DNA of 64,000 bases from contig JBFJXR010000009.1 in the NCBI GenBank assembly GCA_041622995.1, positions 120-64,119 of the forward strand, written 5' to 3'. Under the pieces are notes generated by a model, which did not search any database, was not told where the DNA came from, and saw nothing but the letters and a program-made list of their open reading frames with translations. Below, in pieces: positions 1 to 8,818 of the stretch (its first letter is position 1; every line of letters begins with the position of its first letter). Made by a program: the position numbers and the translations under genes. This stretch comes from Nevskiales bacterium. Lineage in GTDB: Bacteria > Pseudomonadota > Gammaproteobacteria > Nevskiales > CAJXLF01.

Positions 1-1
1 C

Positions 2-406
<405 letters not shown>

Positions 407-425
407 CCGATTCGTAGCCAGTATG

Positions 426-452
426 AAGCCCGGCCATGTGCCGGGCTTTTTT
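426..452 (+). terminator. rho-independent terminator after the thiolase gene
   Basis: Perfect 9-bp stem aagcccggc / gccgggctt with a 5-nt loop, followed by a T-run. Confidence 0.8.
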
Positions 453-597
453 ATTTACATTCAAAGTTCCAGCAAGTACATTGAACAATCAGGCTGGGTA
501 ATAAATTCTGCGTGAAAGGAAGCATCCAGGCTTTTCTTGCCCTCGAATAAATAGCAATACGTGCGTGTATAACGCTGGCATGCAGGAGAGGCCCAAG

Positions 598-3500
598 ATG
601 CTTACATCCGCCCATCAGCAGGGAATTTCTCTCTGCGCTTTCAACTTCTTCACTATTAATCAGAAGCTGTCACTGTTGTTTAAGGCAGCCCTGCTATTAC
701 TGCTGTCTGGCTTTTCAATGGGCTCAATGGCAAGTGAGTGCACGATTAATACCATTGCCGGGACAGGTACTCAGGGATATAACGGCGATAATCAGCCTGC
801 GACCAGTGCGCAGCTGCGAGCTCCACAAGGTGTGGTCGTGGATCCTGCGGGGAATATCTACCTCGCGGATTACAACAACAATAGAGTGCGCAGGATAGAT
901 ACCTCGGGGGTCATTACAACCTTTGCCGGCACCGGAGTAGCGGGTGCCACCGCATCCCACGGGGAGAATGGGGCGGCGACCAGCGCCAATATAAGTACGC
1001 CTAGTGATCTTGCTCTTGATTCGGCAGGCAACCTCTATATTTCGATGACTTTTGACCATCAAATCCGCAAGGTGGATACCGCAGGGGTGATTACTACAGT
1101 CGCAGGGACGGGATCCTATGGATATAGCGGTGATGGTGGGCAAGCCATCAGCGCTAGTTTAAACCAGCCTATAGGCCTGGCAATCGATGCCGCAGGGAAT
1201 CTGATTTTTGCCGACAGCGGCAATCACAGGATTCGCAAGGTTGATTTCACGTCGGGTGTGATTACGACCATCGCCGGGACAGGGGTACTGGCTTATGGCG
1301 GTGATGGCGGGCAAGCCACGGCGGCGAAGTTGGGCCTTCCTTCCGGCATTGCACTGGATTCCACGGGTAATGTGCTGATTGCCGATTTTTTTAATAGCCG
1401 CATCCGCAGGATTGATGTGGCAACAGGTGTCATTACCACGATTGCCGGGACGGGAACTGCCGGATATGGCGGTGATAATGGGCAGGCGACGGCCGCGAAA
1501 TTGAAGTTCCCCTTGGATGTGGCTGTAGACAACCAGGACAATGTGCTCATTGCTGATAAGAACAACCACAGAATTCGAAAGATTGATGCCGCTACGGGTG
1601 TCATTACCACCCTGGCTGGAACCGGCGCTACAGGATATAGCGGGGATGGTGGCCCCCCTGCCAGTGCACAGATAGGTGGGCCCAACGGTGTTTATGTTGA
1701 TGCCCACGATAATGTTTATATATCACAAAAGGATTATCACGTCGTTCGCAGAATTTCCTGTGCTGAATATGACTACGGTGACTTGCCAGCCACGAAAATC
1801 CGGATGTTCGTTACCTCGGAAACATTCAGAGGTGACCTGAAGACGGCAGGTGGCGGCACTGACGGGCTGGATGGCGCTGACAAGCTTTGTCAGGCTGCCG
1901 CCACGGGTGAATTTTCCCAGATCGCCAACGCCAGCGGCAGCACCTGGAAGGCCTTGTTGTCTACCAGTACTGTCAATGCCATTGATCGCTTAGAAGTGGA
2001 TAGCATATTTGTACGCGCGACTGATCCTACAGTGGTAATCGCAGACAACAAGGCAGCCTTGTTTGATGCAGCCAATACACCCTTGCAGAATGCAGTCAGC
2101 GTCAATGAGCAAACTGATCCGAGTACAATTTGGAGGTTGACGGGTACAGATGCTGCTGGCATGAGAACGGCCAATAATTGTCAGGACTGGACCTCCAACT
2201 CCTTTTCAATATATGCAACTTACGGACTTCCACAAAAGGTCGACTCTGGCTGGTTGAATACTAACAACGCGAATTGCAGTGGTTCGGTAGGGCTTTACTG
2301 TTTCGAATCGAATCCCTCCGGTTACCCCTCTGCCAAACACAAGATTTCAATAGATAACAATCCCTCTCTGGGCACAGCCGGCCCTGATGCCGATGAAGCG
2401 TATCAAGCCAGCCTTGATGCCGATGGAGATGACACTGATGCAGGTGGCGATGACGAGGATGGCGTCAGTAATCTGATCCTTGTTGATCGTGGTACCAGTA
2501 GTGTTGACCTCAATATCGGCGGTAGCGGCAAGCTGGATGCCTTTATTGACTTCAATGCCGATGGGGATTTTGAAGATGACGGTGAGCAGATCGCAAATGC
2601 ACAGGATTACAGCGGTGTAACCGGCGACACCACTCTCACTTTTAACAATCCCTTTTACGAGGGTGAACCCCAGGGCAATTTCACGCCCCTGTATGCGTAC
2701 AGCGCCGGTAAATTCTTCAGCCGCTGGCGTATCTCCTCTGTCGGTGGTCTGAGTGCTTCAGCAGACGGCCCCCAGGGCGAGGTGGAGGATCACCTGTTTG
2801 TGATTACCCCGACCCTGAACGTAGCCGATAGCAGCCTCACCGAGGGGAACACGGGTACGCTTGAAATGAGCTTCACGGTGAGCCTGGACAAGGTCAGCAA
2901 CCAGGCCGTGAGCGCCACGGCCACCACGAGCGATGACACGGCCACCGGCGGTGCCAGCTGTACGGCGGGTGTTGATTACATCACCACATCCAGAACCGTC
3001 ACCGTCAGCCCGGGGGCTGGCGGAGCGATTGTCAACGTGGATGTCTGTGGCGATATTGTCACTGAAGGGGATGAAACCTTTACCCTGACACTGCAAGCGC
3101 CGACGAATGCCCAGTTTGCCAATGAGGCCAAAACTGTAAGCGCCACCGGTACCATCAATGACGACGATAACCCGGCGCCGACTATCTCGGATATCCCGGA
3201 TCAGATGATGGACGAGGACACGTCCTCAAGTCCGATTGGCTTCACGGTGGCCGACAGCAACAGCGACGATGCAAACTTGACGGTTACCGGCATCAGCAAC
3301 AACACAACGCTACTGCCCAACAGCGGGATCGTGATTGGCCCGGCCAGCCCGATCGATGGCAGTCGCACTGTGACCCTGACGCCGGCTGCTGACCAGTTTG
3401 GTCAGGTCAAGGTGACGCTTTGGGTGAGTGACGGCCACAGTACGGTCGGACACACCTTTCTCCTGACGGTCACCAACGTCAACGACAAACCCACGGCCAA

Positions 3501-5355
3501 TGCCGCCACCGGCACCACGGCGGAGGACACGCCGCTGACGGATACCCTGACCGGCAGTGATCCGGAGGGTGATAAGCTGATCTTTGCCAAGGCCAGTGAC
3601 CCGGCCAATGGCACGGTGACGGTGCAGGCCAGCGGCAACTTTACCTATACCCCCAATAGCAATTTCAATGGTACGGACAGTTTCACCTTCAAGGTGAACG
3701 ATGGCACGACCGACAGCGATGCGGCCACCGCCACCATCACCGTGACGGGCGTGAATGACAAGCCCACAGCCAAAGCCCAGACTGTGAGCGGCGTGACGGG
3801 CGATGCCATCACTGGCATGCTGACGGGCAGTGACCCGGACGGGGATACCTTGAGCTTCATGCAGGTGACCGGCCCGACCAATGGCACGCTGAGCGTGCAG
3901 CCCAATGGTGAGTTTACCTATACCGCCAATAGTGGCTTTGTAGGCACCGACAGTTTCACCGTCAAGGCCAACGATGGGGCTGCCGATAGTGATCCTGCGA
4001 CGGTGACCATCGACGTGGTGCAGAAACCGGGCGTCAACCTGTCCATCGACAAGGACAGCATCCCCGAGAACGGCGGCAAGGCCGTGGTCACTGCGACCCT
4101 GGGGGCAGCGCGTTCCACGGATGTCACCGTGACGCTGGACTTCACCGGCACGGCGACCAGTGGTACTGACTACAGTGGCGCGGCCACCACGCTCACCATC
4201 CCCGCCAACAGCACCACCGCCACCCTGACCCTGATGGCGATTGACGACAGCGCCGACGAGATGGATGAAAGCATCCTGGTGAAGATGACGGCGGTATCGA
4301 CCAATGCCATCAAGGGGGCGGCCGACATGGTGAGCACCAGGATCATCGATGATGACGGTGCGCCCAGCGTCTCGCTGAGCGTGGACAAGAGCAGCATTGA
4401 TGAGAATGGGGGTGTGGCCACGGTGACGGCGACGCTGTCCAACCTGGGCTTCCAGGACGTGACCATCCCCATCAACTTGGGTGGCCAGGCGGGCAGTGAC
4501 GACTACACGGCCAGTGCCACCTCGCTCACCATCGCTGCGGGTGGCAGCACGGCCAGCCTGACCATCACATCAAAGGACGATACCTTTGATGAACCCAACG
4601 AGGCAGTGCTGGTGTCGCTGGGTACGATCATCAATGGCAATACAGGCACGCCCAGCCAGGTGACCATCTCTATCGTGGACGATGAGGTGGGCGTGTTTGA
4701 TACCTCGGGCAAGGGCGCGGGAGACAAGACCGCGAGCCCCGGTCAGGCCAATGTGGTGCTGCTGACCTTTGGTCTGCAGAACGCCAATGCCTTCGATGCG
4801 CTGATCAGTGCCCTGAACGTGAAGGTCGCGACGCAGAATGCGGTGCCGACCGACATTGCCAGGGTGCGTATCTACCGGGACCTGAACGACAACGGGGTCT
4901 TGGACAGTGCCGATGCCCAATTGGCCGAGACCACCAACATCCCGGCCGACGGGGTCATCAGCCAGGCCATATCGCCGCCGTACATCGTCCCGGCCGGCCA
5001 GACCCACAACTTTATCGTCACCGCCGACTTCAAGCAGGGGATTGTTATGAGTGGAGAGATACTGCTGGCGGGCAGCGGCCTGCTGTTGCTGCCTTTGATA
5101 GGCATGGTGGGCGTTGGGCGGCGCAGGCATCTGCTGAGCCTGGTGCTGATTGCTGTGCTGTCCGTGGGCATCAGTGGCTGTGACGGCAAAAAGAAAAAGA
5201 AGAGCAACACACCCACTACGGATAGCAGCACAGTCTCGAGCACCGACAGGACCTACTCGGGCAGCGTGGCTGGCGCTACCACCACCAACAGTGGTGGAAA
5301 GACTGCCAGCCTGAAGGTGGTTAACGTCAAAGGTGGGACGGTTACTTTGAAATAA
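598..5355 (+). CDS. giant secreted adhesin-like protein: NHL beta-propeller, DUF1554-like module, Calx-beta and cadherin/VCBS-like repeats
   Basis: Signal peptide KLSLLFKAALLLLLSGFSMGSMA. Six NHL-type repeats (GVITTxAGTG ... GNxYxAD..NHRIRKxD). A RMFVTSETFRGDL...DKLCQ module resembles DUF1554. Three Calx-beta-like modules end in DDD/DDE. Three modules end in NVNDKPTA (cadherin/VCBS-like). GGAG lies 9 nt upstream of ATG 598; GTG 565 and ATG 580 are alternative starts. Confidence 0.85.
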   Translation: MLTSAHQQGISLCAFNFFTINQKLSLLFKAALLLLLSGFSMGSMASECTINTIAGTGTQGYNGDNQPATSAQLRAPQGVVVDPAGNIYLADYNNNRVRRIDTSGVITTFAGTGVAGATASHGENGAATSANISTPSDLALDSAGNLYISMTFDHQIRKVDTAGVITTVAGTGSYGYSGDGGQAISASLNQPIGLAIDAAGNLIFADSGNHRIRKVDFTSGVITTIAGTGVLAYGGDGGQATAAKLGLPSGIALDSTGNVLIADFFNSRIRRIDVATGVITTIAGTGTAGYGGDNGQATAAKLKFPLDVAVDNQDNVLIADKNNHRIRKIDAATGVITTLAGTGATGYSGDGGPPASAQIGGPNGVYVDAHDNVYISQKDYHVVRRISCAEYDYGDLPATKIRMFVTSETFRGDLKTAGGGTDGLDGADKLCQAAATGEFSQIANASGSTWKALLSTSTVNAIDRLEVDSIFVRATDPTVVIADNKAALFDAANTPLQNAVSVNEQTDPSTIWRLTGTDAAGMRTANNCQDWTSNSFSIYATYGLPQKVDSGWLNTNNANCSGSVGLYCFESNPSGYPSAKHKISIDNNPSLGTAGPDADEAYQASLDADGDDTDAGGDDEDGVSNLILVDRGTSSVDLNIGGSGKLDAFIDFNADGDFEDDGEQIANAQDYSGVTGDTTLTFNNPFYEGEPQGNFTPLYAYSAGKFFSRWRISSVGGLSASADGPQGEVEDHLFVITPTLNVADSSLTEGNTGTLEMSFTVSLDKVSNQAVSATATTSDDTATGGASCTAGVDYITTSRTVTVSPGAGGAIVNVDVCGDIVTEGDETFTLTLQAPTNAQFANEAKTVSATGTINDDDNPAPTISDIPDQMMDEDTSSSPIGFTVADSNSDDANLTVTGISNNTTLLPNSGIVIGPASPIDGSRTVTLTPAADQFGQVKVTLWVSDGHSTVGHTFLLTVTNVNDKPTANAATGTTAEDTPLTDTLTGSDPEGDKLIFAKASDPANGTVTVQASGNFTYTPNSNFNGTDSFTFKVNDGTTDSDAATATITVTGVNDKPTAKAQTVSGVTGDAITGMLTGSDPDGDTLSFMQVTGPTNGTLSVQPNGEFTYTANSGFVGTDSFTVKANDGAADSDPATVTIDVVQKPGVNLSIDKDSIPENGGKAVVTATLGAARSTDVTVTLDFTGTATSGTDYSGAATTLTIPANSTTATLTLMAIDDSADEMDESILVKMTAVSTNAIKGAADMVSTRIIDDDGAPSVSLSVDKSSIDENGGVATVTATLSNLGFQDVTIPINLGGQAGSDDYTASATSLTIAAGGSTASLTITSKDDTFDEPNEAVLVSLGTIINGNTGTPSQVTISIVDDEVGVFDTSGKGAGDKTASPGQANVVLLTFGLQNANAFDALISALNVKVATQNAVPTDIARVRIYRDLNDNGVLDSADAQLAETTNIPADGVISQAISPPYIVPAGQTHNFIVTADFKQGIVMSGEILLAGSGLLLLPLIGMVGVGRRRHLLSLVLIAVLSVGISGCDGKKKKKSNTPTTDSSTVSSTDRTYSGSVAGATTTNSGGKTASLKVVNVKGGTVTLK

Positions 5356-5364
5356 CTGGCCTAT

Positions 5365-5397
5365 AAAAAAGCCCCGCACTGCGGGGCTTTCTTGTTT
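5365..5397. terminator. bidirectional rho-independent terminator between convergent genes
   Basis: Stem gccccgc-act-gcggggc is flanked by an A-run on the left and a T-rich run on the right. It serves both the adhesin (+) and the lipoprotein gene (-). Confidence 0.8.
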
Positions 5398-5446
5398 CCA
5401 CAACCCCTTTCCCCCTTGGTTCAAGGGGGAGAGGGAGCGCGTTGCA

Positions 5447-6682
5447 TCAGGGTGCTGGAATAGCAGCCAACAGTGGTCCCAGAACCAGGTCAAGCGGTGT
5501 GCCGGTTGGGCCGTCACCACTTGAATCTCCACCACCTAAAGCTGCGGTAATGGGACCCAGCAGGAGATCCAGTGGTGTACCTGTTGGGCCACTGGCGCTA
5601 TCTCCACCATCTCCACCTGCAAGGGCATCTGTGATGGGGCCGAGAATGGCCGGCAGTACTTCGTTTTCAATCGGGCCAAGTACTGGGGATAGCGGGCCAT
5701 TCAGCGCGTCAGCCAACTGGGGTAATGCAACAGAAAGCAAGTTGTCACCCAGACCAGCCGTTGCCATGCCTACGCCTTCTTCAATCGGACCGGTGAACTG
5801 GCCTGGAGGAGTACCTGCCTGCTCTTCAATGAATTTCAGAGGCACGATCTCGGTCAGTATGTTCACCAACAGGTGATTCAATGTCACCTCAAGGGCGTCG
5901 GCTGCGGCGTCACCGTTATAAATACCCAAAGGCATCAGCGTATTATCAAGATCGATAAATGCTGTTTCCAGGGTTTTCAGGATGCCGCCAAATATAGGCG
6001 CTTCTGCAGCTTCTGCGGGAACTTGGTCGAGACCGCTCTGGAATGCCAGAGAAAGTTCATGCATAAATGCAGAAAGTGACTGTAGGTCCATGTCGTCACC
6101 TACATCACTATTGGAAGCAGGCAGGCCGGCTAGAACAGGTGCCAATGCATCCCCAAGCGGGGCGAGCGGTGTTCCGGAAAGCGGATTGTTTCCACCGGAA
6201 AAGCCGCCATTGCCGTCGCCGGATTCTCCATTGCAATCATCACCTGCAAGTGCAGTCAGTGCGCCGGGTAAGTCATTCGCGAGTTCCTGCAAGGAAAGCT
6301 GAATATTCTCACTTGAGTTACTCAGTGCCATGGTTGGGTCGCTACCTTCAGATGCCTCTATTAGACCGACTGCGATTGAATCAACAACGTCAAGCAGATC
6401 AATGACGACTGCTTGCCCGGCACAATCGAGTACTCCCTCTAAAGGCGTGCCGGTCGTAGCGGCAACGAGTTGACCAAATACGTCTTCACTCAAGGGAGTT
6501 TGCAGGGCATCAAGAGGTCCTTCTACGCCTTCGGAAACACTGTTGCTGTTGGTGTCCTGTGGGGTGTTGTCCTCGAATATTAAGTTGTCACTGTTGTCTG
6601 AGTCGCTGCAAGCAACCAGGCTGATCGCGGATCCGAGCACAAGTGTGAGGATGGTGAGTTTTTTCAAGGGTCTTAAGAACAT
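5447..6682 (-). CDS. lipoprotein of unrecognised family with G-T-P-L-D repeat motifs (paralogue of 7253..8683)
   Basis: MFLRPLKKLTILTLVLGSAISLVAC is a signal peptide plus lipobox. GGAGG lies 5 nt upstream of ATG 6682. The protein is rich in L/D/G/P/A and contains repeated GTPLDLxLGP motifs. Confidence 0.8.
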   Translation of the reverse strand: MFLRPLKKLTILTLVLGSAISLVACSDSDNSDNLIFEDNTPQDTNSNSVSEGVEGPLDALQTPLSEDVFGQLVAATTGTPLEGVLDCAGQAVVIDLLDVVDSIAVGLIEASEGSDPTMALSNSSENIQLSLQELANDLPGALTALAGDDCNGESGDGNGGFSGGNNPLSGTPLAPLGDALAPVLAGLPASNSDVGDDMDLQSLSAFMHELSLAFQSGLDQVPAEAAEAPIFGGILKTLETAFIDLDNTLMPLGIYNGDAAADALEVTLNHLLVNILTEIVPLKFIEEQAGTPPGQFTGPIEEGVGMATAGLGDNLLSVALPQLADALNGPLSPVLGPIENEVLPAILGPITDALAGGDGGDSASGPTGTPLDLLLGPITAALGGGDSSGDGPTGTPLDLVLGPLLAAIPAP

Positions 6683-7137
6683 ATCTGCCTCCATGCTTCA
6701 ATGGTTAAGGATAAGCCGGTTAAGGCTGAATTTTTTACATGCGCAACCGCAACCGAACTGGATTCAGTTAAGCGCATATAAGAGTTTGAAGTGCCGGTTT
6801 GGCACTGAGGTCTTTGATTGAACGTTGTTACGCTACCTGCCGTAGCGTAACAGCCGTTTTTATCAGAAAAAGTCCTGATAACTTGCATGGTTCCCTCCGT
6901 GGATCCATTAGGTCAAGTGTCAGGATTCTACTTAATCGCTGTGGGGAAAATCACCTGTTTTCATTGTTATTTTTATAATATTTACAATAAATTCCCGTAA
7001 TACGGGGCTTTCTCTGTCAGGTGACAGGGTTTCTAAGGTGTGGAGGGTGGTCAAAAATTGCACAGGCAGGTTCCAGTGGTTCGCCGGACAGAGTGTCATA
7101 AAAAATCTGTTTGCCCTATCGGTATTTTATTGCGGAC

Positions 7138-7166
7138 ATAAAAAAGCCCGGTCAGAGACCGGGCTT
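7138..7166 (-). terminator. rho-independent terminator after lipoprotein gene 7253..8683
   Basis: Stem gcccggtc-aga-gaccgggc, with a T-run on the minus strand (A-run 7140-7145 on plus). Confidence 0.8.
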
Positions 7167-7252
7167 CCGGGTGGTTAACTACAAGGAGGCTGGATCAACC
7201 ACCCTTAACACAGATTCAGAGCATTACCTCGTGACTGAATCTGCTCCTGCCG

Positions 7253-8683
7253 TTAGGGAAGAGGATCCAGTAACCCGCCAAGGATTTCGTCGAGAATCCC
7301 GTCCAGCGGGGTACCAGCGAACAGCGTGCTCAATGCACCCAGCACGGTATCCAGTTCGGCAGCATTTGCCGGATCAACCAGTATCAGAAGGTCGTCAGCT
7401 GGTGTGCCTGTACCGCCGTCAGGGAACTGGGCGGCCAGATCTTGCAAAGGTGTTCCATCAGCGCCTGCAATGAGCATTGCCAGAAAGCTATCCAGGGGAG
7501 ACACGCCATCACCTGCCAGGGCAGCTAGAGCACCGTCAAGAGGATTGCCGTTACCGTCTTCGCCACTGTTGAGCAGCTGCGTAAGCAGGCCTTCAACCGG
7601 ATCAAGAATTGGAGACAATGCACCATCGAGGCCGTCGTTGAATGCGGGCGTGATAATCATGCCCAGACCCGTGCCGAATTCGGCGGTCATGGTGTCAATT
7701 CCATCCTGAATCGCGGTTGTGAAATCTTCACCCGTTGCAGCGTCAAAATCACTTACAGGCAAAACACCGAGAAGCAGATTGCTGAGTGCATTATTGAGTA
7801 AGGTCTCAATTGAGGCTTCAGTCGCCGCCGAGTCATAGGCGCCGGCGTCTCCCAGTAATGCGGAGAGGTCCGTGATCAATACATCAACTGCATTGATGAC
7901 GCCACCTGCTACGGGAGCTCCGGTAAGTTCAGGAGGGAGTGCAGCAAATCCTGTGCTGAGTTGGTCAAGCAAAGGCATGATGGTTGCCGCGACTACAGTC
8001 AGATTGGGATCGTCACCGCTACCGCTACCATCTCCTGCAGACTCCAGAGCCCCTATGAGTGCCGCAAGAGGTACGCCGACAGGTTCAAGGGGAGTATCTG
8101 CAAACGGATTACCGCCTATGCTGCCAGCGTCACAAACAGCAGACTGGCCGGATAGAATAAGTAATGTAGATTGCAGTTTTGCTGCAAACATCTGAAGTGA
8201 AGCGCTCATATCACCGGCAGCGCCATTAAAGCCCTCCGCAGGGTCGGCGCCACCTGGAAGTGCGGCGAATGCAACCAGTAGTGCATCGGGTGCATCAAGA
8301 AGAGACTCAATGGCTTCGTCTGCACACATGACTGTGCTGCTGAGTGGTTCAGGAAGCGCTGAACCTACCTGATCTGAAACTACAGAACTGATTCCGTCCT
8401 GTACCGGGTCTAGGGGGCCTTCTACACCGGAGAATGCTGTAGTACCGCCCGTACCACCATCACCACCGCCTGTTCCTCCACCAGTGCCGCCATCGCCACC
8501 ACCAGTACCTCCGCCAGTGCCTCCACCAGTACCACCATCGCCACCGCCGGTTCCACCTGTTCCTCCACCAGAAACAGATACTGGTGTATCACTACTTCCA
8601 CCACCACCACAACCGGTCAGTCCCATGGACAACCCAAAAAACAGGGATATTAAAATTGTTGATGCTTGCTTGGATAAAGTCAT
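7253..8683 (-). CDS. lipoprotein of unrecognised family with a Gly-rich linker and G-x-P-L-D motifs (paralogue of 5447..6682)
   Basis: MTLSKQASTILISLFFGLSMGLTGC contains a lipobox. GGAG lies 6 nt upstream of the ATG. The linker carries GGTGGGD-type repeats. It shares VEGPLDxxQ and GTPL[DEQ] motifs with the neighbouring lipoprotein. Confidence 0.8.
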   Translation of the reverse strand: MTLSKQASTILISLFFGLSMGLTGCGGGGSSDTPVSVSGGGTGGTGGGDGGTGGGTGGGTGGGDGGTGGGTGGGDGGTGGTTAFSGVEGPLDPVQDGISSVVSDQVGSALPEPLSSTVMCADEAIESLLDAPDALLVAFAALPGGADPAEGFNGAAGDMSASLQMFAAKLQSTLLILSGQSAVCDAGSIGGNPFADTPLEPVGVPLAALIGALESAGDGSGSGDDPNLTVVAATIMPLLDQLSTGFAALPPELTGAPVAGGVINAVDVLITDLSALLGDAGAYDSAATEASIETLLNNALSNLLLGVLPVSDFDAATGEDFTTAIQDGIDTMTAEFGTGLGMIITPAFNDGLDGALSPILDPVEGLLTQLLNSGEDGNGNPLDGALAALAGDGVSPLDSFLAMLIAGADGTPLQDLAAQFPDGGTGTPADDLLILVDPANAAELDTVLGALSTLFAGTPLDGILDEILGGLLDPLP

Positions 8684-8818
8684 TAGCGCTCCTCGTGAAA
8701 AAGTACTTCAGGGTTATGTCCCTTGCGTCCGTACTTTAGTGAGGTTGCCCGCTAACTATTATCAGCCTCGGTGACTATGCGATGTCATCATTTGTGCCTA
8801 ATAAGGATAGGAAATGGC

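Noticed and set aside
5104-5355. Independent nested gene for an 83-aa lipoprotein, in frame within the adhesin 3' end.
   Set aside because: No Shine-Dalgarno lies upstream of ATG 5104, and no stop separates it from the adhesin frame. It is kept only as a processing or fusion hypothesis in the findings, not as a separate CDS.
4570-5535. 321-aa minus-strand ORF, together with many other 60-190-aa antisense ORFs inside the two giant surface-protein genes (for example 1159..1707 and 36451..37035).
   Set aside because: They lie antisense to strongly supported, repeat-rich, GC-rich genes. This one also runs through two terminator hairpins and an intergenic region. The translations are low-complexity R/P/G/H strings with no SD, as expected for GC-rich antisense frames.
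8438-8569. The repeat region here, and the similar regions at 15435-15482, 36921-37052 and 39085-39330, considered as possible CRISPR arrays.
   Set aside because: All are in-frame coding repeats (Gly-rich, GD or GXY codons) with no spacer-repeat periodicity and no cas genes.
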